Source: Syntrophobacterales bacterium GWC2_56_13 (GTDB lineage: Bacteria; Desulfobacterota; Syntrophia; Syntrophales; UBA5619). Taken from it: a stretch of 45,845 nucleotides of DNA. Each line of letters begins with the position of its first letter. Within the stretch, counting starts at the first letter, position 1. The notes beneath the pieces are model-generated. The model searched no databases, was not told the DNA's origin, and saw only the letters and a program-made list of their open reading frames with translations. This document shows positions 28,520 to 37,709 of the stretch, in pieces. The stretch is from positions 1 to 45,845 of the forward strand of contig MICJ01000108.1 of assembly GCA_001830835.1 (NCBI GenBank), written 5' to 3'. Made by a program: the position numbers and the translations under genes.

Positions 28520-31425
28520 GCTGATTTTTCACCAGTTCTAACGTTTTCTCTGTGAGTTCTTCGTCATCCTGAAGCATAGACTTGATGGCCAGCTTCACCT
28601 TCTTCACCTTGAAGGGATTGCTGCGCCAATCGTCCTGACGGTTCTCATGAATCGCATTATCCACGGCAAGCGCCAGCGCTTCGTTTTTGCCAAGGTTATC
28701 ATACAAAGCCCGCTTGGCGCCGGTGTCCATTGCAGTAGGATAGACATAACCCGTGGATGGATTATTTACCTTTCTGGTCAGATCGACAATCCTGGCCAGG
28801 TATTCCTGATAACCCAGCGCCTCTTTCTTGCGCTGTTCGATTAGTGCGTCCAGCAGTTCCGACATTTTTTCGTAATACTTCGGATTGATCGGCTGCTCGT
28901 CGATGATCAACTTACGGACGTTATTTTCGATGGTCTCAGCCACCGCCTCTCTGTTTTCCCTGATACCTTTGGGCAGTTCCTTCACGGCATCGCTTCCGCG
29001 CTCCACGATAAGCTCGACCAGCGATAGGTCGTCAAAGGCGGAAATCTTTTCGCTCTCTTCGGCGCGGATGTAAGTGTCGATCAGGTGGCGCATAGCCGGC
29101 TCGAGCATCTTGAGGTCGACATAGTCACCGCTGGCCAGCGTTACCGGAGTCCCTGGCGCAGAAATAGCGCAGATACGCAGCCGTATCCTTCGGCGCCTCC
29201 ACCGGTTCGCACAAAGCCTTTATAGCTTCCCGAGCCTCCTCCAAACGCTCCCGGGCTTTGGTCAGGCGGTCTTCCAGCAGTCCGGCCACATCTTCCTTGT
29301 CATAGCCGTCCAGGGCCCCGGAGGTGTAATCCTTGACCGCCCCCTCCAAGCTCTTGAACAGATCCTTGTAGTCGATGATATAGCCGCATTCCTTGTCGTC
29401 GCCGTCCAGCCGGTTCACCCGGCAGATGGCCTGAAACAGGCCGTGGTCGCGCATCTGCTTGTCGATATAAAGATAGGTTGCCGGGGGCGCGTCAAAGCCG
29501 GTCAGGAGCTTGTCCACCACGATCAGGAGCTTCATTTGTCCCGGTTCTTCAACGAACTTTTTCTTGGCCTGCTTCTCAAATTCTTCCGCTTTATTAACTG
29601 CCGTTTCCGGGGCTTCATTGAACCAGTCGGCCAGCATGTCCTGGTATATGGAATACTGGTGCAGGTGTTCGGTCTCTCCTTCACCGCTCTCCTCGCCTTT
29701 CAGGTCTGCCGTTGAAGGCCTGTAGGAGGTGACGATGGCACACTTACCAGCCAGTTCAGTCTTGGCAAAAAGCTCGTAGAATTTGCACGCCTGGTAGATG
29801 CTCCCCGAGACGAGCATGGCGTTGCCCCGACCGTCCATCAGCCTCGGCCTTTTTGCCATGTTCATCAGGATATCCGCCACGATCATTTCAAGCCGGGATT
29901 TTGAACTGAGGACCTTCTGCAGAGTGCCCCATCGTTGTTTTAGCTGCGCTTTGGCAAGGTCATTCAATCCCTTGGTCTTGGCTTCAAACCATTCGTCGAT
30001 CTTCTTCTGCGAGGTGATGTTCTGGTCGACGTCTCGCGCTTCATAGCGCAGATCGAGCACCACTTTGTCTTTCACCGCCTCGTCGAACTTGTAGGTGTGG
30101 ATGTAACGGCCGAACACCTCGATGCTTTTCTGCTTGTCGGCCTTCAAGAGCGGCGTCCCGGTGAAACCGATAAACATGGCGCTGGGCAGGATGGTCTTCA
30201 TCGCTTTGTGCAGCTCACCGGACTGGGTGCGGTGGCACTCGTCCACAAAGACGAAAAGGTTGCCCTTTGCCCAAAATCCAAGCGGCAGCGCCTTCTTCAG
30301 TTCCTCGATGTAGCCGGGGATGTCGCCGACGTCCTCACCTTCCTCCTTGCCTCCGAACTTGTGGATGAGCGAGCACATTAGCCACGGCGTTGTGGCGTTG
30401 AGGGTGGCAATCAGGTCCGCGCCGCTCCGGGTGCGGTAGATGTCTTCGTTGACACCCTTGAATACCTTCTCGATCTGTTCATCCAACTCCGTGCGGTCAG
30501 TGATGATCAGTGCTCGGGCCTCCTTCACGTTCTCGCGTATCCATTTAGTGAGCCACACCATCGTCAGGCTCTTGCCCGATCCCTGCGTGTGCCAGATGAT
30601 TCCCCCCTCGCCCCGTCTCATGTTCTCCTGGGCGGCACGCACACCGAAATACTGGTTGTGCCGGCAGAGCTTTTTTACTCCGGCATCGAAGACAATAAAG
30701 TCGTGGATGAGTTCAAGGAAGCGGGTTTTGTTGCATAGCTGTGCCAGCGCCCGTTCGAGCGGGTTTTCGATGCTGCTCTGTTCTTTCCAGCTGAGATAAT
30801 ACTTCTCCGGTGCCTGGATCGCTCCGTAGCGCAGCCCCTCGGTGTCGTTGCCGGCCATGATCCACTGCATCGTGGAGAAGAAAGGCTCAATGAAGACCTT
30901 CTTTTGGTTGTCCAGATTCTGACGGATGCCCTCGGCCACCGAGACGGTGGAACGCTTCAGCTCCAGCACCCCCAGTGCGATTCCGTTGACATAGATCACG
31001 ACATCCGGTCGTTTACCGTGGGCTTTGTGGTCTACTGCCACGACGGTGACTTCTTCGGCGATGGCGAAGTCATTCTCTTGTGGGTGTTTCCAGTCGACCA
31101 GCCAGACGGTCTGCGTATTCTCGCTCACATCGGGCTTCACCTTCACGCCGTAGCGGAGCAGATCATAGACGGCGCGGTTGCGATCGTAGAGGCTTTTGCT
31201 TGTGTCGCCGGCCGTCTTTTCGAGAATATGCAGCGCCCGCGTAATAAGCGCATCCTCCACACCCTGCTTTTTCAGCCAGGCGCGCAGCAAGGTAGGCTCA
31301 ATGTTTGCGTTACCCTCTCGGTCGGTCCAGTCGCCGAGATAGTCGTAGTTGAGGCTCTCACAATGGAACTTTACCACGCGCGCTTGGGTTTTCTTTTCCT
31401 TCTGGCCGACTGTACTCATATCCAT
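28509..31425 (-). pseudogene. hsdR: Type I restriction enzyme R subunit, split into a 766-aa ORF (29125-31425) and a 199-aa ORF (28509-29108) by an internal deletion with a frameshift
   Basis: The N-terminal ORF has a PD-(D/E)xK-like VLELKR, helicase motifs HTQGSGKSLTM and FVDECHRTQ, and TGFDAP. The C-terminal ORF reads LEPAMRHLIDTYIRAEESEKISAFDD (DUF3387-type HsdR C-terminus). The two frames meet at AACGCTGGCCAGCGGTGA (about 29125-29142). Confidence 0.85.
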
Positions 31426-31443
31426 GCTTCTCAGTATCCTGTC

Positions 31444-33243
31444 CTAACCAAACAGACCCTGACACCTTGCAATAGCCCGCTTAATTTTGGTGTCGGAGAA
31501 AGCCTCACGTCCTAGTTTGGGCTGCCATTCCGGATCGATATGCAACACATTTTTAACATTTCGTAACTTGATTTCTCTGCCATCTGCCTGCAAATCTTGA
31601 ATGGCCATAGCTATTGTGGCCAGAAGTTCTATTTCATCTTTCTTTTCGTAGCGAAACTGCTCAAGCCACTCCAAGGCATTACTGCCATACCATTTGTTAA
31701 AATAGACAAGAGCCTGATTAATATTCTCGCCAGCGATGAAACCGGAATACTTGCCGGACCGCACTACCTGAACATAGCCATTCTTTTGCGCAATGCCTTC
31801 TGGTCCCTTGTATCGGGTAGATGGGTTATATGGACCAGCGGCCTTTTTCAGATAGCCTTCAGGGTTCCCTTCTACATGCCTGTGCATCAGGTAGGCCAGC
31901 TTGGTATAGCGCAATCTGCCAAGGGGATAGTCATGGGAGCCGAATTTACTGACGAGAGCCGCAATCACCACTGCCTCATTGAACGCCCAATTGTGCTTAG
32001 CCATGGAGGTGGAATGGCTTTTTTGCAGATGAATATCAGCCCTGTCTTCAGGCCATTTATGAGCCACCAGCCTGATCCTCCCGGTGAGCAGTTCCTGCAT
32101 CGTGCCCTGCTTGAGGGCACGGGTCTTGTCGCGCCTCGCTTCGAGGGCGGCGATCTCGGCGTCCATGTCGGAAAGGACGGCGGCGATGGCAATTTGTTCA
32201 AGGAGGTTTGGCACACCGATTTCTATCGGCATCAGGTCCACGGGGTGAATGTGGGGCTGGGCTCCGCCGGTTTGTCTCTTGTATATAATATCCTGCCGAA
32301 GGAGAAGTTGAAAGAAAATGAACTCGATCGAGTAGTCGCTTCCCTCGCTGATCGTGGAACAATCCGAAGCGAACAGCGGAATATCAAAGAATGCAACGTA
32401 TCCGGCATTTGCTCCTGAGGCACTCACCGTTACTGTCTTTCCAGTACGGTTTGCCAGATTGTGAAAATAGGCCGGCTTCTTGCCGCCAGCGATCACGGGA
32501 ATACTACCGGGTGCAGAGTCCTTCTCAGTGATGAGTTGACCCTTTCTGATCTCAACAACATTCCCCAACCGCTTCTCCTCCCACGCCTTGCTGAAGCCCG
32601 GCAGGCGGGTCTGGCCGGTTAGGAGCTGCTGCATGGTGGCCTGTTTGAGGTCGCGCTTCTTGGCGATGAGCTTGTCTAGCGCACCGATCAGCGCATCCAC
32701 ATCGGAGAGCGCCGCCGCAATGGTGCGTTGTTCGGGTAGTGGGGGTAAAATGATCGGGTATTTTCTAACAATATCAACATTGAGGTTGCCAACTCCACCT
32801 CCAAGGTAAACCTGATCCTTCGCGCGTTTCTTGTAGGGCGCACTGTTCAGCAACTGCATTAAGAAGTAGTTATCCAGAGATTTTCTTGGCTTGATAAGAG
32901 TCAAAGAGACATAGACGGAAAACTCAAAATCAACATCAATAACCGCAGCCTCTCCAATGGTTCCAACACGGGAATACAGGACGTCCCCCCTTTGAGGTGG
33001 ATTATTCCTGTATAGTTGGCGGTGTAAGCTCTCACCGATGTGCTTATAGTCCCTCCAGAGTATTTGGCCTTCTTTTACGTTTGTGCTTGACAAGAATGGG
33101 TATCCACGGCTTTCGGTAACGTAGTCTGGGGTGGCTGCGATTCCGCAGGTAATCAAATCCGTAACTTCAGTGAATTGCTTCACCTCCCACTCATCTGGAA
33201 TCACCCCTACCTCGGTCTGTTTGTATCCCGGCCTCAGCTCCAT
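31444..33243 (-). CDS. hsdS: Type I R-M specificity subunit HsdS fused in frame to an extra 206-aa C-terminal domain
   Basis: There are two target-recognition domains, each followed by the conserved helix (LPEQRTIAAALSDVDALIGALDKLIAKKRDLKQATMQQLLTG and LLEQIAIAAVLSDMDAEIAALEARRDKTRALKQGTMQELLTGRIRL). The frame then continues for 206 more residues (31444-32064). It overlaps the hsdM end by 10 nt. Confidence 0.85.
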   Translation of the reverse strand: MELRPGYKQTEVGVIPDEWEVKQFTEVTDLITCGIAATPDYVTESRGYPFLSSTNVKEGQILWRDYKHIGESLHRQLYRNNPPQRGDVLYSRVGTIGEAAVIDVDFEFSVYVSLTLIKPRKSLDNYFLMQLLNSAPYKKRAKDQVYLGGGVGNLNVDIVRKYPIILPPLPEQRTIAAALSDVDALIGALDKLIAKKRDLKQATMQQLLTGQTRLPGFSKAWEEKRLGNVVEIRKGQLITEKDSAPGSIPVIAGGKKPAYFHNLANRTGKTVTVSASGANAGYVAFFDIPLFASDCSTISEGSDYSIEFIFFQLLLRQDIIYKRQTGGAQPHIHPVDLMPIEIGVPNLLEQIAIAAVLSDMDAEIAALEARRDKTRALKQGTMQELLTGRIRLVAHKWPEDRADIHLQKSHSTSMAKHNWAFNEAVVIAALVSKFGSHDYPLGRLRYTKLAYLMHRHVEGNPEGYLKKAAGPYNPSTRYKGPEGIAQKNGYVQVVRSGKYSGFIAGENINQALVYFNKWYGSNALEWLEQFRYEKKDEIELLATIAMAIQDLQADGREIKLRNVKNVLHIDPEWQPKLGREAFSDTKIKRAIARCQGLFG

Positions 33244-35521
33244 ACCGCCCCCATCTTCTTGAGGTGTTCATCCACGCGGGCAGCGAGGGTTTCTAATTCC
33301 TGGGTTAGCTTCGGCAGCGGTCTGGCATAGCGTTCAGCCAGTTGGTGGATGCGGCCGCTGAGCGCCTGCGACACGCGGTCCAGCTGACTCGGCACGGCGG
33401 CTGCGATAGTGGCCAGCCATTTGTCATCCACAACCAGTGTCTTGATCTCGTCCTCCGTGAGTTTGCCATACTTGGCCGCAATCTTGGCCTCCAATTTCTT
33501 CTGGGCGTCTTTGACTCGGTTGTTGGTGTCGGTCTCCTGTTCGATGAGGGCGAGGTAGTCCATCAGCACGTTCAGCTCATCCGCAAATTTCGCATCATCC
33601 TTGATTTCCTTAATCCGTGCAATGACAGCAGCTTTGGTTACTTTCCCTTTGTCATTTTTCACCTCGGCCAGCAGCCCTTCGTCGCCCCCGTGTTCCTCGG
33701 CCATTTCTTCCATGCTCTGCACAGGGGCGGCAGCCTCGGATTCCAGGATTTCAATGGCGGCCTGCTCCGCTGCAAAGTAATGGGCAACGAGAACATTAAC
33801 GGGAATCAGATCGGCCTTGAACTTCCGCTTCCCCACCGTGAAGTCCGGTTTTTCCTTCGTCTTCCTGTCCTTGTCCTCAATGATGAGCCGGGGCTTGGTG
33901 GCTTCTTTCCAGCCGTCGCTGACGATCATATACATCGTCCTGCATGGTCTCGGCCCAGAAATCCATCAGGTGCTGATAGATGTCGTAGGCATTGATCAGC
34001 CGGGCCTTCCGAAAGGTCTCCAGCAAGTCTTCGGAGAGGGTTTCGATGAGCGTCTTGGGGTGGTCGTCCTTGGCAATGCCAGCGAGACGCGGGGCGTTGG
34101 CGGCCGTCCACTGCGCGAACAGTGTGGCGACGGAAGCGTTGAAAGCGGTGAACTCTGCATGGCTGAAGATGGCGGCCTTGATGTCGGCCACGGGCGGCTT
34201 CAGGCGGCTGTAACCGGGGCGTCCGATCGACTCGAATAGGAGCGGACGCAGGCTGGGAAAGATCCGCCAGTACCGATCAAGGTCGTCGATATCGCGGTCG
34301 GGAATGCCGCCGCGCAGGTGTCCATCGATGTCCTGTAAATCATCGGGCTCGGTGCAGTCAATGTAGCGTGGAAGGTTAAGGTTGAAGTCGTTTTTCGGGT
34401 CGCTGATCTCCGAGAGCGGTACCATTCGCGAATACTTGGGAATCTCCACCTGCCGTGTGAAGGTGTCCACGACCCTATGGATGTCCTGGGCGCGCAAGCG
34501 GTTCTTGTTGCCGTCCTTGATGTAACCCTTAGGAGGCGTCGATCATGAAAATGCCCTTGCGGGCATGGGCGTTCTCCTTGTCGAGCACAAGAATGCAGGC
34601 GGGAATGCCGGTGCCGTAAAAGAGGTTGGCCGGCAGGCCGATGATACCCTTGATGAAGCCGCGCTTGACAATCTCTCTGCGGATGGCAGCATCGGCGCCG
34701 CCGCGAAACAGTACGCCGTGGGGATGGATGACCGCGCCCTTCCCCGTGCTTTTGAGGCAGGCGAGAATGTGCAGCAGGAAAGCGAAATCGCCATTCTTCT
34801 GCGGTGGAATCCCGTAAGCGAAGCGGCCGTAAAGGTCGTTGGCCGGGTCGAAGCCGTTGCTCCATGCCTTGGATGAGAACGGGAAATTGGCAACGACGAA
34901 GTCGAACGTCTTGAGACGGCCGTCGCTGCCTTTGAAATGCGGGCTGGAGAGGGTATTGTCCTTCCAGATTTCGGCTGTAGTACAGTCGTGGAGAATCGTG
35001 TTCATCCGCGCCAGCGCGGCGGTGGCGTTGTCCATTTCCTGCCCGTAAAGGGCAAGGTCGAGGCCGGTTTGGCTTTTTGCTTCGTCGTGGGCCTTGAGGA
35101 GGAGAGACGCCGATCCGCAGGTGGGATCGTGGGCGGATTGGCTGGCGCTCCTGGCGTTGCCGATGCCGATGACCTTTGCCATGATGCGGGAGACCTCTGC
35201 CGGGGTGTAGAACTGCCCCTTGCTCTTGCCCGACTCGGTGGCGAAGTGACGCATGAGATACTCGTAGGCGTCGCCCAGGAGGTCGTCACCTTCGGCACGG
35301 TTGTTGCGGAAGTCGAGGGCCGGCGTGCTAAAGATGGCCACCAGATTGGAAAGGCGGTCCACCATTTCCTTTCCTCTACCAAGCTTTCCCTCGTCGTTGA
35401 AATCGGCTACATCGATGATACCCCTGAGACCGTTGACCTCGGCCAACTTGCCGATGATCTTGTTGATCTTGTCACCAATTTCCTTGTCGCCCTTGAGTTC
35501 TATACTTTTCTTTGGAGTGTG
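33234..35521 (-). pseudogene. hsdM: Type I R-M methyltransferase subunit HsdM, disrupted into three frame segments with the N-terminal domain missing or degenerate
   Basis: Segment A (34529-35521) reads GDKEIGDKINKIIGKLAE...LLGDAYEYLMRHFATESGKSKGQFYTPAEVSRIMAKVIG, DPTCGSASLL (motif I) and VANFPFS (motif IV). Segment B (33877-34527) reads KGYIKDGNKNRLRAQDIHRVVDTF.... Segment C (33234-33935) reads MYMIVSDGWKE.... The segments join in different frames, and an in-frame TGA lies at 35522-35524 upstream of A. Confidence 0.85.
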
Positions 35522-35773
35522 TCAAATCCGGAAGTTCAAGAAGCTGGCAAATTCCGCATCAATAGTAATGGGCGGTAAACCTGTGCACAGTTCAAAGCGT
35601 ATTCAATGGGAGGATAAGGAAATTGGACCTGAACAGTTGTATTTGAACGGGGTGAGCGCGGTTTTATCAGTGATGCCAGAATTTCTGTGTCTTCAGGTTG
35701 CTTGGTGATTTTCTGCAGGTATATCTCTGAGAAGTAGTAAGTCTCATAAAGCTCCCCGTTGATGCTAAAATGT

Positions 35774-36661
35774 TTAATTTCCAGCTATTCGTTCTGCCAG
35801 TCCAAACGCGCGGTCAAGGTCGAAGCTTTCAAAATCCACAGGACGGAGCACCGGTTTCAGTTCCGTGTTGATCTGGGCCTTGAGTTTCTCTTTACGCGCC
35901 GGAGACAGATCGATAAGAGGATTTCCCGGAACTTTCAGCTTTTCGGCAAGAAGCTGGAAGAGATGCCGATCGCTAAGATCCATCTTATTCCGGGAGGCCA
36001 GATAATCGATATCGAAGAAGTCCCGAATGGCCGGTTCCAAACGTGTCAATGCCGCCCGCAGTTTCTCGGCGATAGCCTCCTTCATGGACAGGGTGGTTAA
36101 ATCGATGTCGGGGACCGGGGATTTTCGTGTAAAAGGATTCAGCAGCAGCGTTCTGGCCTTCATTTGCGCGGGCGGCATCAGGGGCATTTCACGCAATCCC
36201 ACTTCAATCTTGATGCGGGCCGCTTCTTCCGAGAGGAAGACCGAGGGGTAAGTCACATAAGCGACGTACTGCCGGGAGCTGTTATGCCCAGTGAAATCCT
36301 CAGCGAGTGTGAGGATACTCATCTCCTCTGGTATTTGCCTCACCCATTCCCTGACCGGCGCCATCCGTTTCCGTCGCACGGAAATGCTCACTTCCGGAGG
36401 CGTCGAAATCATAAAATCGAGGTCCTCACTGAGCCGGTAGAAATCGGCATAGACCTTACCGATGCAGGTGCCTCCCCGGAAAATCAGAGGGCTATCCGGC
36501 TGGTCATATAGATATTGCAGAAGGACGGTGCAGAAATAATCCTTTTCGATGAGGGTGGCATTCAATCCGGTCTGCCCCGCAGTGAAAAGCACCGCCTCTC
36601 GGAAGAATGCCTGATCTTCGTGGATCGAGATCCTATGATCGCGGGATGGATCCATTGACAA
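35774..36661 (-). CDS. abiEii: AbiEii/AbiGii-family nucleotidyltransferase toxin (DUF1814)
   Basis: LIEKDYFCTVLLQYL...LIFRGGTCIGKVY.DFYRLSEDLDF is the family signature. At 295 aa it overlaps the upstream AbiEi gene. Confidence 0.85.
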   Translation of the reverse strand: MSMDPSRDHRISIHEDQAFFREAVLFTAGQTGLNATLIEKDYFCTVLLQYLYDQPDSPLIFRGGTCIGKVYADFYRLSEDLDFMISTPPEVSISVRRKRMAPVREWVRQIPEEMSILTLAEDFTGHNSSRQYVAYVTYPSVFLSEEAARIKIEVGLREMPLMPPAQMKARTLLLNPFTRKSPVPDIDLTTLSMKEAIAEKLRAALTRLEPAIRDFFDIDYLASRNKMDLSDRHLFQLLAEKLKVPGNPLIDLSPARKEKLKAQINTELKPVLRPVDFESFDLDRAFGLAERIAGN

Positions 36662-37451
36662 TCAACCCCCACTCTCTATTGACACTGCCTTTCGCCTCCC
36701 GGCCTGGTATCCATGGGATCAATGACCTTGTCGGAGCGAGCTGACGTTTTATCTTCCCGAGTCGATCATCTGTGATGCCGATCTGGGCAAGCAGGTATCC
36801 GATGCGCTTGACGGTTCCCTTGTTGCCGTATTGAAGCGTGTCCGCGATCAGCTTTTCTATGAGGGATGGATCTTTTTTCAGCGTTTCCGCGATCCATCCG
36901 TAGGCCCGTGGAAGGGTGTTGTACCGGGACCAGTCATAGACGGCATCAACAAGCGCCCTGGTTTTGGTGACCATGACGGCGTCGATGCCATCAGGCGTCA
37001 TCAAGTTCTTTGTCGAACCCAACCGTTTGACGTCCGTCTTGATAAAGACGAAATCGGTTCCGCCGATCTCCTTTTCTCCGAAAATCCGGTCATTGTAAAC
37101 GTAAATCCGGTTCGGGACCTGGTCGTCGAAGCCATGGAAGTTAAAGGCGCTGGGGCCGCTGATTTGATATTGGCCTTTGAGGACTTCCATGAGTTTGGAG
37201 AGGATGTAATAGCCGCTGACCGTCCACCGTCCGCCGACAGGCATACGGGAAGGGACCAGATAGACGCCCCTTTTCAAACGGATAATCAGACCTGAGGTCG
37301 CCATCCGGTTGAGGAGTTTCCATTCCTGTTCGGCACTAATATCCAAGGCGGAGGCAATTTCGCCCGAGGAGATGAATTCTTTTTTCCTGAGCTGGGCATA
37401 GGCGAGAAGCTGCATTTCAAATTTGCCCAGCTTGGTTTTTTCCTGTTTCAC
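36633..37451 (-). CDS. abiEi: AbiEi-family antitoxin/transcriptional regulator (COG5340-like)
   Basis: There is an N-terminal wHTH-like segment (FISSGEIASALDISAEQEWKLLNRMATSGLIIRLKRGVYLV). Its position and overlap with abiEii fit a type IV TA arrangement. The start is uncertain. I chose GTG 37451 because a TTGACA-N17-TATTTT promoter lies inside the longer track ORF. Confidence 0.72.
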   Translation of the reverse strand: MKQEKTKLGKFEMQLLAYAQLRKKEFISSGEIASALDISAEQEWKLLNRMATSGLIIRLKRGVYLVPSRMPVGGRWTVSGYYILSKLMEVLKGQYQISGPSAFNFHGFDDQVPNRIYVYNDRIFGEKEIGGTDFVFIKTDVKRLGSTKNLMTPDGIDAVMVTKTRALVDAVYDWSRYNTLPRAYGWIAETLKKDPSLIEKLIADTLQYGNKGTVKRIGYLLAQIGITDDRLGKIKRQLAPTRSLIPWIPGREAKGSVNREWGLIVNGSIPRS

Positions 37452-37490
37452 TATATTGTCCGTTCCTTCCTTGGCAGAGGAGTTAAGTGG

Positions 37491-37519
37491 AAAATAGTAA
37501 AACAAAGGGCTTTTGTCAA
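37491..37519 (-). promoter_or_regulatory. Sigma-70-type promoter candidate for abiEi-abiEii
   Basis: The minus strand shows TTGACA (37519-37514), a 17-nt spacer and TATTTT (37496-37491). An 8-bp inverted repeat AAGTCAAT...ATTGACTT lies about 75 nt further upstream (about 37597-37635). Confidence 0.4.
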
Positions 37520-37709
37520 ACTTTTTTTGAATCATGATTGGAAGACATTCAGATTCAACACGAGCGGGCAATACGCTGTCAAGACTTTGCCCCTTTCAAT
37601 CCGAAGTCAATAAATTCACAGGACTGGCTGTGGCATTGACTTGTATTTGAAGGGATATGTTTGCTGCAGGTACAGAAGAGACGGATAAACTTTATCGCAC
37701 ATAGCGCTT

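Noticed and set aside
33900-34540. hsdM frameshifts as phase-variation switches
   Set aside because: Neither site lies in a homopolymer or multi-unit SSR (only GTATAT and CCTCCT). The additional N-terminal loss and the hsdR deletion make reversible switching implausible.
35301-35708. 135-aa + strand ORF in the hsdM-abiEii spacer
   Set aside because: It is antisense to the recognisable hsdM segment for most of its length, with a low-complexity S/L/P-rich translation and no start context.
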